DNA from: a virus
Taxonomy: Duplodnaviria; Heunggongvirae; Uroviricota; Caudoviricetes
Virus record (IMG/VR): IMGVR_UViG_2778261268_000005
Length of the DNA: 32,642 nucleotides
Strand: one strand, 5' to 3'
The notes beneath the pieces are model-generated. The model had not been told where the DNA came from, did not search any database, and was given only the letters and a program-made list of their open reading frames with translations. The position numbers and the translations under genes were made by a program. This document shows positions 9,641 through 18,750 of the stretch, piece by piece (the first letter of the stretch is position 1; the number at the start of each line of letters is the position of its first letter).

Positions 9641-10110
9641 TATTTTTTAACCTTAATATTTCGCTTTGTGCTGGGCGGATTTTCCTGTTCGGTGTTAACC
9701 GCTTCCCCGGTGATTTCCATTTCAATACCACCTGGTTGAGGTTTTTCGCCACTCTGAATCACTGCCTGATCCACTGCGTTATTCAGCGATACGGCGCTGG
9801 CTGCGAGAATTTCTTCTGACAGGGATTCCAGATTTTCCGTTTTCTGCTCCGCGCAATCCTCAATGCGACCAACGCTCACAGGTTTATCGATGGAATAGCA
9901 GATACCAGAAAAATTCTTGTCCACCTTGTCACAACGCTGGAATCCGTAAGGCTCATGCTGTCGGATGATGTGGTCGATAATATCGGACTGATTTTCGATC
10001 ATATGCTGACGTCCGGACGGAATTGTCACACCGAACGACTGCGTTTTTTCGGGGAGTTTGTAGTTGAACGTGTGCGGCTGACGTGAGCAGTTAGCGATGT
10101 AGAGCTTCAT
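9640..10110 (-). CDS. hypothetical virion protein (156 aa from ATG 10110; track start 10125 is TTG)
   Basis: First gene after the capsid gene; start moved to the first ATG. Confidence 0.4.
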   Translation of the reverse strand: MKLYIANCSRQPHTFNYKLPEKTQSFGVTIPSGRQHMIENQSDIIDHIIRQHEPYGFQRCDKVDKNFSGICYSIDKPVSVGRIEDCAEQKTENLESLSEEILAASAVSLNNAVDQAVIQSGEKPQPGGIEMEITGEAVNTEQENPPSTKRNIKVKK

Positions 10111-10167
10111 AAATTTTTCCCACAAAAAAGGGGAGCATTTAGCTCCCCGCGTTATCAGGTTGAACGT

Positions 10168-11196
10168 TTATGCGTATTTGGCAGACAACAGGGTGATCCC
10201 CTCAGGGCGGAAGTTCCAGCCCGGCGTCGCGCGCATGGTATACAACGTGGTCAGGCCACCATCCGGCATAGGGGATGGTATTTCCGTCGGCGCTGCCATA
10301 TCACAGAACATCACGTTGACGGCCTGCTGGTTAGGAACCAGCGTGGAGAAAATATTGGTGTTAATGGTATGACGCACTTCCGGAACCTCAATCGTCGGGT
10401 TCGTAACGATGATCAGGTCATTACCACCAGCGCCTTTACCGATCAGCGTGTCGTCCTGGCAGAAAATGATGTCGTCGCCTGTCGCCTTATCGGCGACATC
10501 TTTAACCATCGTTCCCACCGTTCCGGTACCACCACCAGGACGCTGATAACTGGTCAGCTCAACAATTCCTGTCCACTCCAGCGCCTTCATGAATCGCTGT
10601 GGACTCAGAATAACAGTCGTTAATGGCTGCCCCAGCAGCAACATGCGGGTTTTCTGGTCAGCAATCAGGCCAAGCATAAATTTAGCCATCTCGCCGGAAT
10701 CCCAGGTGGTGTACGAATCGTTACCTTTGCTGTCGTTGCCCAGATTCAGCGTCACTGCATTCGGGGAGTTGGTGATCCCTTCGTTATTCTTCGCTTCAAC
10801 ACCGTACAGCAGCATATTACGCAACATTTGAGCGTGTCCCTGGCGGTTAGCCAAGCGCAGGCCTTCAATCAGAGAATAGCCCCAGCGATCTGCTGCATCA
10901 GTATCGAGATAGCTGTATTGCGAGCGGGAAGAAATTCGATAAGTCATCATCCCGTCATAGCCACCAGAGATACTGGAAGACGGTAACTGGCCCGGCAGAG
11001 ACTGGCTGACCTGCGCCTGCGAGGTCATGCGCAGATATTTCTGATAGACCATCAAATCACTGGAACTGATTTTTACTGCCGGAGCACCACCAGCCAGGAC
11101 TTCAAACGCCCCGGAAGCCATGCTCTGTTGCACGATCATTTCCGGCAGCACCATTGACGGCGACACAATAGTAGTCGCAGGAGTAAATGCGCTCAT
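10168..11196 (-). CDS. putative major capsid protein (342 aa)
   Basis: Size and position downstream of the scaffold/protease gene; call by synteny. Confidence 0.5.
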   Translation of the reverse strand: MSAFTPATTIVSPSMVLPEMIVQQSMASGAFEVLAGGAPAVKISSSDLMVYQKYLRMTSQAQVSQSLPGQLPSSSISGGYDGMMTYRISSRSQYSYLDTDAADRWGYSLIEGLRLANRQGHAQMLRNMLLYGVEAKNNEGITNSPNAVTLNLGNDSKGNDSYTTWDSGEMAKFMLGLIADQKTRMLLLGQPLTTVILSPQRFMKALEWTGIVELTSYQRPGGGTGTVGTMVKDVADKATGDDIIFCQDDTLIGKGAGGNDLIIVTNPTIEVPEVRHTINTNIFSTLVPNQQAVNVMFCDMAAPTEIPSPMPDGGLTTLYTMRATPGWNFRPEGITLLSAKYA

Positions 11197-11210
11197 TAAT
11201 TAATATCCCC

Positions 11211-11828
11211 TTAAATTAAAAACAGGCCGCACGGTTTGCCGATTTCCCAGACAACGTTACCGCCATCCTCTTTTTTCACCGTCAGGTTTCCGTCAACTGA
11301 AACCATCAGCAGCTTAATATCCACTTTCGGATTAGTGCCGGGTGATCCCGAATAAACATCAATCATGTTTTTCGTCAGATCCCACACAAAACCACAGGCA
11401 GCAACGGTGTTATTTCCATCAGCCAGCGCAACAACTTCTGCACTGACAGGGAGAGGAATGCGGGCACCTGAACCGACGCGGTAATAGTGAACAAAGCCAC
11501 CCGCGAGATATAACGGCACCGGATTATCCGGCGTGGTAATGCCATGAAATGCCTGATTAAAGACAGTAAAGGCGTTACAGGCGTCATTCGTGGCCTGCTT
11601 GATAACCGCCCCGTTAACGCTGTCTTTCGCGGGAGCGATGCACTCGATAACACCGACACCACCCCATACCGGTTCACTGATTTTGCTGTCCAGTCGTCCG
11701 GAGCAAAGTTGCAGACGAATTGCCGGATCATCCTGCGCATCCCCCTGCATCAGCCCACGGGATTCGACGTTAAAAAGGCCACCAAATGCTCCACGGTTTT
11801 TAAACGGATGAAAGTTAATATCAGCCAT
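11211..11828 (-). CDS. hypothetical head protein (205 aa), between scaffold and capsid genes
   Basis: ATG overlaps upstream stop (ATGA). Confidence 0.4.
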   Translation of the reverse strand: MADINFHPFKNRGAFGGLFNVESRGLMQGDAQDDPAIRLQLCSGRLDSKISEPVWGGVGVIECIAPAKDSVNGAVIKQATNDACNAFTVFNQAFHGITTPDNPVPLYLAGGFVHYYRVGSGARIPLPVSAEVVALADGNNTVAACGFVWDLTKNMIDVYSGSPGTNPKVDIKLLMVSVDGNLTVKKEDGGNVVWEIGKPCGLFLI

Positions 11829-13143
11829 TGTTCAGGCTCCCTTGAGTGTTAATTTTTGCCAGACGACGCCCCGGAATTTTGAAGGCACTCAGCCAGACGT
11901 TCGGATCGCCCTGATATTCAGTAATGCGACGCCCGGCTTCATCGTTGCGGATACGTTTATGCAGTTGCCCCTGCGTACTCATCATTTCTTTTTCGATGGA
12001 CTGACGGGCGGCACTGAAAATTGCGTCCTCAAGCACAGCCAGAGTTGCAGAATCCGCAATCGCGCGAATATTGACGTCCTTATGTGCCGGAGAGTGTTTC
12101 TGCATAGCGATAAGCGCACGCTTGCGGTAGTCCAGCGCATTTTCTCCAGAAAACGGTGCTGGCGCGTTTTTACCGCAGGCACTGAATGCGGAGTCGGCTT
12201 TTGCCTGTGCTTCGGCCAGGGCAGAGTCATTGCGTTCTTTTTCTGCCTCCTCGTCAGCTTTACGCTGTTCTTCCGCTTCGGAATCAGCCTTTGCTTTCTC
12301 CTCAGCGTCTTTGGCTGCCGCCTCGTCAGCTTTGGCTTTTTCTTCCGCCTCCTTTGCCGCAGCTTCATCAGCTTTACGCTGTTCCTCTGCGGCTTCATCG
12401 GCTTTGGCCTTTTCTTCGGCCTCTTTTTTCGCCTGCTCTTCGGCATCCGCCCGCGCTTTGTCCCGCTGTTCCAGTGAGTCCATGCGCGTGACTACTCCAT
12501 CGATTTTCTGATTAATTCCGCTCATGGCATCGTTCACCACCCCCTGTAACAGGGCCTGGAGTTCTTCTTTTTCCATCTCAATTTCACCTGTATTTGTCAC
12601 TTCAACCCCTGCGGGGATCCGGTCTTTATCCCACACGCCCAGCGAGCCGTGGTCTTTCGTCACCAGGGCGATGTGATCAACAAGGAAAGGAACGCCTTCG
12701 ATTAAAAAATTGGTGTCACCTTCCTGTACTTCCACATTTCCTGATGTGCTGTTGAACACCACCGACGGGCTTGTCGAAACATCCCCCTCAGTGATTTCTT
12801 CAACAATGCTCTGGAGGTAAACGCGGCACACCGCCCATACCTCATCACCCCGGATATACGGCAGCATGACGCTACCGACGATCCGCGATTTAAAGTCCTC
12901 CTCCGTCAGAACTGCGTCGTCAGGATGGTTTGCGATAACCGGAAGGCCATTGCATCGCCTTAAAAACTCCTCGTTAAGATAGAGCTTTGGATCACGCCAG
13001 ACGTGCTCTTTCAGCCCGGCGCGATAGGCAAGCCCGGTTCCGGTTATTCGCAAATTCACCAGCCACATGTTGGAGAATTTCACCGGAGACGGTACGGTTC
13101 CGTCCCTGATGCGTTCTGCCACTTCAAGCTCGGTTAAACTCAC
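11821..13143 (-). CDS. putative prohead scaffold/protease protein with central Ala/Glu/Lys-rich coiled-coil repeat (440 aa, GTG start)
   Basis: GGAGAAGGG Shine-Dalgarno upstream of GTG; repetitive KADEAAxEQ units typical of scaffold proteins. Confidence 0.5.
   Translation of the reverse strand: MSLTELEVAERIRDGTVPSPVKFSNMWLVNLRITGTGLAYRAGLKEHVWRDPKLYLNEEFLRRCNGLPVIANHPDDAVLTEEDFKSRIVGSVMLPYIRGDEVWAVCRVYLQSIVEEITEGDVSTSPSVVFNSTSGNVEVQEGDTNFLIEGVPFLVDHIALVTKDHGSLGVWDKDRIPAGVEVTNTGEIEMEKEELQALLQGVVNDAMSGINQKIDGVVTRMDSLEQRDKARADAEEQAKKEAEEKAKADEAAEEQRKADEAAAKEAEEKAKADEAAAKDAEEKAKADSEAEEQRKADEEAEKERNDSALAEAQAKADSAFSACGKNAPAPFSGENALDYRKRALIAMQKHSPAHKDVNIRAIADSATLAVLEDAIFSAARQSIEKEMMSTQGQLHKRIRNDEAGRRITEYQGDPNVWLSAFKIPGRRLAKINTQGSLNNG
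12230..12450 (-). repeat. imperfect in-frame tandem repeats encoding the (E/A/K)-rich coiled coil of the scaffold protein
   Basis: Repeated gcttt/ctttgg/cttcgg motifs on the plus strand; protein shows repeated EEKAKADEAA units. Confidence 0.6.
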
Positions 13144-13483
13144 GTTTGCCCTTCTCCGTTAAAAATTCGTCGGGTAGTTTCTGAGGGGCGTAGATCGGCA
13201 GTGCATCGCAACTGCAATAAACCTCCTCCCCAGCAGCAGTGATTTCGTCATAAAAACCATATACGGGCTTAATCAGCCCCTGCTCCAGCGCCCACGAATT
13301 GCGGAGGAGATAAATTTTCTCGTCGCGCTCTTTGTGGTCCTGTCGGTATTTGTAGCCCGGACGCCGCCAGTTAGAATGCCAGCGCAGAGCAATCGCTCCA
13401 CTCTGAACAGCCAGCAGATACTTAACGTTGCTTGCCAGCTTATGCCCCTGGTCAATTGCCACCCGGCGACTGATAAAATCCAT
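13124..13483 (-). CDS. small head-morphogenesis-region protein (about 120 aa) or 3' remnant of a larger head gene; start uncertain
   Basis: Track ORF 13124-13858 reads through three intrinsic terminators, so only the part downstream of the 13596-13624 terminator can be coding; candidate starts ATG 13483 or GTG 13540, both with poor Shine-Dalgarno. Confidence 0.3.
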   Translation of the reverse strand: MDFISRRVAIDQGHKLASNVKYLLAVQSGAIALRWHSNWRRPGYKYRQDHKERDEKIYLLRNSWALEQGLIKPVYGFYDEITAAGEEVYCSCDALPIYAPQKLPDEFLTEKGKREFNRA

Positions 13484-13595
13484 ATCCTTCACGGACTTAT
13501 GAAAACCGGACTTCACTTCCCAGCGATCAATTTCGCTCACCCCGTCAGGCGGAATGGACGTAACCGGATAAGGGTTCAGACATGCTTTTTCCTCC

Positions 13596-13624
13596 CACAA
13601 ATAAAAAAGGGCCGCCAGCGGCCC
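13596..13624 (-). terminator. intrinsic terminator (GGGCCG-CTGG-CGGCCC followed by TTTTTTATTT on the minus strand)
   Basis: Hairpin plus T-run read directly. Confidence 0.6.
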
Positions 13625-13708
13625 GTAAAAACACCCTGTCAAAGGCACCCGCAGATGCCTTTTGTGTGGTGTTATCTGATGTGATGTGCGCCGGGCGTGG
13701 CGCGGATA

Positions 13709-13775
13709 TGAAAAAGGCCCGCCGGAGCGAGCCATAAAAAACTGAATAAAAAAAAACCGCCAGGTGCGGCGGTTA
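13709..13775 (-). terminator. tandem pair of intrinsic terminators, copy A of a duplicated ~65 bp module
   Basis: Two hairpins each followed by a T-run on the minus strand; near-identical module at 14389-14453. Confidence 0.55.
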
Positions 13776-14028
13776 AGGATGTATTTCCGGGCTTGGCTTA
13801 GTATATGACCAATCACAGTTTTGTTTTTGTCGATGTTTACAACATCAGAATAATGCATTTAAAGTAGTAAAAATATTTGCTAATAATGCATTATTCCGAT
13901 GGTGTAAAAAATGGCACTGGAACCGCAACGAATATCACTCATTACAGAACAGGGGGCGCAAGGAACCATAAAAAACACCCTACATATATTATGTCAGTGC
14001 CTAACACAATCTCGCCTTAGTTACTGTT

Positions 14029-14101
<73 letters not shown>

Positions 14102-14388
14102 ATACTGTGCTGGCCCCCGGAATAACACGAATTACCAAGAGAGCCCGCACTGGTCTTTCCGGTGGCAAACAGCACCCCTGCTAACATAAAAGATAAACAC
14201 CTTCCAGACGCAAAAATACTAACAACTGTTTTTCAGATATCCAAAATATATTTGGTTTTTATTTTTGAAAATATGTATACATATGTATCATAAATATACA
14301 AGCCATATCATAACCGAATTAAAAATCTTTAGTTATCTCTTTTGCCGTCTGATCACCACCCACCGGCAGCTGAGAATTCCGGCACACA

Positions 14389-14453
14389 ATGAAAAAGGCC
14401 CGCCAGGGCGAGCCATAAAAACTGAATAAAAAAACCGCCCGGGGCGGCGGCTA
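14389..14453 (-). terminator. tandem pair of intrinsic terminators, copy B of the duplicated module
   Basis: Same two-hairpin architecture and flanking sequence as copy A, with point differences. Confidence 0.55.
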
Positions 14454-14815
14454 AAACGATAAAAGGACACAATATTATAATGATTATTGGGTTTGGGGCA
14501 TCGGGTGCCTCCCGAAGTATTCCACTTTACGTGGATACTGTGGTTTCCCGCTAAACCGACTCTATAAACCACCCTCGCACTGAGGAACGCCCCAATTCAT
14601 GTTTTCCGACACAGAGATGGCGCATCACTGGTTACTCCACGCTAAATCCTGCTTCCTTTCGTGGGCAATGCGCCATTTCTGTGTCATAAAAAATACAGCA
14701 CTGAGTCTGTAACCGATCTCCATTACAGAATGAGGGACGATAAAGGTATTAAAGAGATCTGTTCCTCACGAAAACCGCCAGTGCTGTAAAAACTTGTCCA
14801 AAAAACAATGAAGTT

Positions 14816-14884
14816 GCGGAGAACAGGAATCGAACCGGCATTACCAACCTAAGGCTGATGTAATAACCACTATACGATACCTGC
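14816..14884 (-). pseudogene. tRNA-like element, probably a degenerate paralogue of the tRNA-Gly gene
   Basis: 5' half nearly identical to the Gly tRNA (GTATCGTATAGTGGTTATTAC) and a TTCGATTCC T-loop, but anticodon, T and acceptor stems do not pair properly. Confidence 0.4.
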
Positions 14885-15406
14885 ATATAGAGCAGGCCTC
14901 CGTAACCACAATAATGACACTGATACTGATAACAGCCCTTCATTATGATTAAACGGATGCCAGCAATGACCCGCAAGACAGCGGGTAACACCCCTGTGAA
15001 CAGAAACTTGCTGCCTTTCGGGTCGAGAGTAATATTACCGATAATTTATATGACATCAAAAACTAATTAGTTTTCATATTTAAACATATGTATAAATATG
15101 TATCAGACGCATACAATTTATGTTATTTCATCCAGACTTCTGATTTCTCACAGGAAATTGCGAAAAAAAAACAACATAAAAATGAACAAATTGGGAGTAC
15201 GCTAACTCCGTTGTCGCAATAAATCACAGTAAGCTCTTCAGAAATAACAGTTCACAAGACTTACATCAACAGTAGTTTTTGTAATGATTAATGTTAACTG
15301 TAGCGTTGAAAAGAAAAGTTTTGACGAAATATGGTGAACTAACAGAGCCTAACGAATAGCCCTATTACGCCGAGCTAATAGCGCTGCCAGCTAAACTTGC
15401 ATGGAA

Positions 15407-15483
15407 TGGTCCGCCACCGAGGACTCGAACCTCGCACAATCAACTTAGAAGGTTGATGCTCTATCCCGATGAGCTAGTGGCGG
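15407..15483 (-). tRNA. tRNA-Arg(UCU), CCA encoded
   Basis: Acceptor CCGCCAC/GTGGCGG, anticodon loop CTTCTAA (anticodon TCT), T-loop TTCGAGT, 3' ACCA. Confidence 0.8.
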
Positions 15484-15485
15484 AA

Positions 15486-15561
15486 TGGTGGCCCTTGCTG
15501 GATTTGAACCAGCGACCTGGCGATTATGAGTCGCTCGCTCTCACCACTGAGCTAAAGGGCC
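15486..15561 (-). tRNA. tRNA with CAU anticodon, ileX/ileZ-like (Ile2 if lysidine-modified, otherwise Met), CCA encoded
   Basis: GGCCCTTTAGCTCAGTGG...ACTCATAATCGC...GGTTCAAATCCAGCAAGGGCCACCA; closely resembles E. coli ileX as recalled; 2 nt from the Arg tRNA. Confidence 0.8.
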
Positions 15562-15701
15562 GATTGAAAAATATTGACTGAATCAGTTTAGCGCTGTAAT
15601 CCACCCAACACAACCGTTTAAATCTTGTATGTCAGCTACAATCAAGTAAAAATATCTGAACAACAAGCAGAAAAGTCTATATCCCGGTTACTCATAATGT
15701 T

Positions 15702-16415
15702 TTAGCGCACTTTGACTATATTAATTTCAAATTCATCTGTATGTGCGCTATTAAGTATAACGAAATTCGTACTACCGTGCCTGTACGATTTTGATAAAAC
15801 CAAGCGATCACCATAGCGAGCAAGAACGTAATACCAAACGCTCTCATAGTGAAGTGTCTGATACTCCTTCTTAAACTGAGGTTTGTACCATCCAGCAATA
15901 AGCGAAAACAACCAGAAATAGAGCATGAATCCGGCCATAACACACTCAATCTTGTGATGCCGAATAAAAGACACTTCAGAAATACATTTAACGTAAATAA
16001 ACTTCCTGCCCGTTCTGACGAACATGGTAATTATTAATGCCACAATAGCGCATAAAACCAATGCATCTGGTACAAAGTGCTGATGAATTACCGAAAACTC
16101 CAGAGCCGGAGGAACAAAAAGCAACAATATCGCAAGAAAAAGCCTGACAGCACTCAAATCCTTCATATTATTTTTTTGTTTGATCCCCAGAAAGAAGACA
16201 ATACCGATCCCCCATCCAGCCAAGAATATAACGATAACTGTGACAGCATAAAACAGGCTTCTGGCCACATCATCAACACCGGCCCCGACAACCCACCATG
16301 GAAAGCCATAGTAAAAGGAAGTACCCCAGCCATAGAAATAAGCACTTCCCCACCCAAGACACCCCATGTAAGCAACAAAAAGTGAAGAATTCCTGAGCAG
16401 AGTACTGTCACTCAT
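15702..16415 (-). CDS. hypothetical polytopic membrane protein (237 aa from the second ATG; about 5 hydrophobic segments); late-region cargo gene
   Basis: AT-rich ORF between the Q terminator and the tRNA cluster; AGAGG Shine-Dalgarno 6 nt before ATG 16415; W/F/G/Y-rich hydrophobic helices; no family recognised. Confidence 0.6.
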   Translation of the reverse strand: MSDSTLLRNSSLFVAYMGCLGWGSAYFYGWGTSFYYGFPWWVVGAGVDDVARSLFYAVTVIVIFLAGWGIGIVFFLGIKQKNNMKDLSAVRLFLAILLLFVPPALEFSVIHQHFVPDALVLCAIVALIITMFVRTGRKFIYVKCISEVSFIRHHKIECVMAGFMLYFWLFSLIAGWYKPQFKKEYQTLHYESVWYYVLARYGDRLVLSKSYRHGSTNFVILNSAHTDEFEINIVKVR

Positions 16416-16453
16416 AATCATCCTCTAACAACTTAACAACATTAACTCGCTTT

Positions 16454-16482
16454 ACATAACAAAGAAAATTCCATGTAGTCAA
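16454..16482 (-). promoter_or_regulatory. candidate sigma70 promoter for the membrane-protein gene (-35 TTGACT, 17 nt spacer, -10 TTATGT)
   Basis: Hexamers read on the minus strand about 35 nt upstream of the start codon. Confidence 0.3.
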
Positions 16483-16749
16483 GAGGGTTCAGGAAAGGAG
16501 AAACTAAAATTGCATAGCCATCATAAAGTTTAACGTACCAACCTGCTTTTTCAGGTATAAAAAAACCAACCTCAAGGAAAGGCTGGCATAAGAAAAGTAA
16601 ATAATGATTCCACTAAAACTTCGTCGCAGGAGGAATCCTGTGCCGCTTAACATACATAAAATTTAGACAACTAACAATCACAATATAAAATATTTAAGAT
16701 TTCGTTATCAAAATACCAGTCAGTAGAGCGCCAGCTCTCCCGTAGATGG

Positions 16750-16783
16750 TTAAACATAACAACAAAACCCGCTCAATGGCGGG
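16750..16783 (-). terminator. intrinsic terminator about 85 nt downstream of Q (tR'-like position)
   Basis: CCCGCC-ATTGA-GCGGG hairpin followed by TTTTGTTGTTATGTTT on the minus strand. Confidence 0.55.
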
Positions 16784-16868
16784 TTCTGGTGAAGTTCATG
16801 CGATTAATTCGCCACGCGATACAGCTTTGCGAAGCGTATCGGAATTGAAGCAGTTTATGCGTAAGAAA

Positions 16869-17411
16869 TCAAGCCATTTTTTGAGCAAATGATTCTCGCA
16901 TGGGAATGTATAGCGCACACTCAGCAACAGCCAACCAATTAGCAATTCGCTTTTCGCATGTGCTAAAACAACACTCTGGATACTGTTCGTTTAGTAACCC
17001 GGCCATCCTTCTCTTACTCATTCCTCGCCCCTCATACCGTTGTCGGAGGATGCTAATCAATCCCGGATGTTCTGCCAGCACCTCACTTATAACCCGATCA
17101 ATACATAACGCCTCTGCATCAGTACAATGCGCCAGCCAGCTCTTTTGCTTACCATTGATCATCTCTCGCAAAAACGCTTCCAGCTCAGGTTTCTCTATTC
17201 CCGCTTTTTTCATTCTGCGCAGGGCTTCATTGATGGCTGTTTTCGTCAATTTTTTGGATGCCAACAACTGATTGAACATATTTCCTGACCTGCCACCACC
17301 AATATATGACCAGCGCCCCCACATACGTAGTTTTCCCTGAATCCAGACACTTTCCAGCGTAGTGAGACGAAGGTGTTCTCCGCTTTTTCCTGTATTCGTT
17401 GGGTAAATCAT
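16869..17411 (-). CDS. late-gene antitermination protein Q (180 aa)
   Basis: Recalled similarity to lambdoid Q proteins of E. coli prophages; position upstream of the late region; ATGA coupling to the DUF1364 gene. Confidence 0.75.
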   Translation of the reverse strand: MIYPTNTGKSGEHLRLTTLESVWIQGKLRMWGRWSYIGGGRSGNMFNQLLASKKLTKTAINEALRRMKKAGIEKPELEAFLREMINGKQKSWLAHCTDAEALCIDRVISEVLAEHPGLISILRQRYEGRGMSKRRMAGLLNEQYPECCFSTCEKRIANWLAVAECALYIPMRESFAQKMA

Positions 17412-17698
17412 AAATATCCCTCCTTTCTCCAGATTTCTTGTGTGCGAAAAACACCTTCTGCATGCATCAGGCGTAATTCTTCTTTGGTGTAATCACTGGT
17501 TTTTACCCGCCCGTCGATTAAATCGTGGCACGATCTACAGGCAATCGCTGCCTGCATATCGTGTGGTTTTGCCGCTGTTCCGCACGTCCCCGCCAGTCGG
17601 TAATGCGCCAGCACAGAAGTTTCGGGATTGTGATTGCAGTAGCCAGGAATTCTGACGGTGCACATCTGCCCCCGCGCCGCTTTACGTAAATCCACCAT
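17408..17698 (-). CDS. DUF1364 / YbcO-like protein (96 aa, Cys-rich putative metal-binding nuclease)
   Basis: Recalled similarity to DLP12 YbcO (VRIPGxCNxNPETSVLAH...ACxxCHD motifs); nin-region position next to Q. Confidence 0.7.
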   Translation of the reverse strand: MVDLRKAARGQMCTVRIPGYCNHNPETSVLAHYRLAGTCGTAAKPHDMQAAIACRSCHDLIDGRVKTSDYTKEELRLMHAEGVFRTQEIWRKEGYL

Positions 17699-18297
17699 TA
17701 CGCAAACTCCAGTAACTGTGCGACCACATTTTCGACTTCCTCCGGAGAGGAAAATTTACGGAACAGGATCCAGTTCCACAGCACATTCAGTACAGATTTA
17801 TAAACCTGCTGAAACTCGGTTTCGTCCATATTCGCAAAAGCGATGGATTTCGCCCGGCGTCCACGGCTACCGTCCGGATAAAAATGCTCGGTGTAAAATC
17901 CGGCCTGAATGGTTATCCATTCGCGAAAAGCGTCAAATGACTTGAGTAAGGCCGTATCCCGGGTTCTGCGAGTCGCAACGGTGTTAAGGTATTGCTCTGC
18001 AGCATCACTAAGGGCTGGCGTATGTTCCCGACCTACTGATTCGCACAGGAAATCAACGAAACCGGACACCAGTTCTCGTTCGCGAGGCGTGATCACCCCA
18101 CCGACCGGAGTCCAGTAATCGAATCCCAGTTGCAGGAGTTTGAAAAAACGCTTGTGGAATGAGTAGTTACGCACACGCTTAAAGTCTGCGTGTATCCACT
18201 CACCTATTTTGATTTGATGCAAAAAATCGCAACTCTCCGGCGTCGCCGGGAGAAGTAATCCGGAAGAGGTTTGTTTGACCAGTTGTATATGCGCCAT
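17698..18297 (-). CDS. DUF1367-like nin-region protein (199 aa from ATG 18297; track start 18309 is TTG)
   Basis: GGAGA Shine-Dalgarno 5 nt before ATG 18297; family assignment from memory is tentative. Confidence 0.5.
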   Translation of the reverse strand: MAHIQLVKQTSSGLLLPATPESCDFLHQIKIGEWIHADFKRVRNYSFHKRFFKLLQLGFDYWTPVGGVITPRERELVSGFVDFLCESVGREHTPALSDAAEQYLNTVATRRTRDTALLKSFDAFREWITIQAGFYTEHFYPDGSRGRRAKSIAFANMDETEFQQVYKSVLNVLWNWILFRKFSSPEEVENVVAQLLEFA

Positions 18298-18356
18298 TGC
18301 TGTCTCCAATGGCGCTGTAGGTTGCCAGTTGTTCAGGCTGGCTTACGAATTATAAC

Positions 18357-18530
18357 TCATTCCCGAATCACCTTGAAACCGAGCCTTTCAAGATATTCAA
18401 TGAATGCCTCGATAGATAAAATTACATGATTATCAGGGATTAACGTTGCGTAGATAACTTCCCCATTCTCAACGCGCACAGCAAAGAGGCCATTTTCACT
18501 AAAAATTTCACGTAATTCTTCAATTTTCAT
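18357..18530 (-). CDS. small acidic hypothetical protein (57 aa), first gene of the operon leading to Q; below the ORF-track length cutoff
   Basis: ATG with GGAAGGA Shine-Dalgarno 8 nt upstream; lies between the hok terminator and the DUF1367 gene. Confidence 0.45.
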   Translation of the reverse strand: MKIEELREIFSENGLFAVRVENGEVIYATLIPDNHVILSIEAFIEYLERLGFKVIRE

Positions 18531-18644
18531 CAACAGAATCCTTCCAGATAAATAGCCCCCCCCTGTTCGGGGTCCATCCCTCTTCTCCCTGCGCGCTACT
18601 TAAGTATTTTTGATTCTATTCCGGCATCGTCCATAACTTCAAAC

Positions 18645-18681
18645 GTATTGAAAATAAAAACAAAAACCCGCCGAAGCGGGT
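18645..18681 (-). terminator. intrinsic terminator at the 3' end of the hok transcript
   Basis: CCCGC-TTCG-GCGGG hairpin followed by TTTTTGTTTTTATTTT on the minus strand, about 70 nt after the hok stop. Confidence 0.6.
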
Positions 18682-18750
18682 TAAGTGCGGGTGCGTTGAA
18701 GATGCCTGACACATCATAGGCGGCGAGGGATTTCTCCCTCGCCTGGTCTC

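Noticed and set aside
11842-12511. Plus-strand ORFs of 93-211 aa opposite the scaffold gene
   Set aside because: Artefacts of the repetitive coiled-coil coding region on the other strand; highly repetitive Ser/Ala/Leu/Phe translations.
13124-13858. 244 aa ORF in the six-frame track
   Set aside because: Its N-terminal two-thirds is the translation of three intrinsic terminator hairpins and GC-rich spacer; only the distal ~120 codons are kept as a possible gene.
14333-14991. 79 and 80 aa minus-strand ORFs in the tRNA junction
   Set aside because: They overlap the duplicated terminator module and the tRNA-like element respectively, and have no ribosome-binding site; judged non-coding.
16077-16411. 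Plus- and minus-strand ORFs overlapping the membrane-protein gene
   Set aside because: Alternative frames of the AT-rich membrane-protein gene, with no independent start signals.
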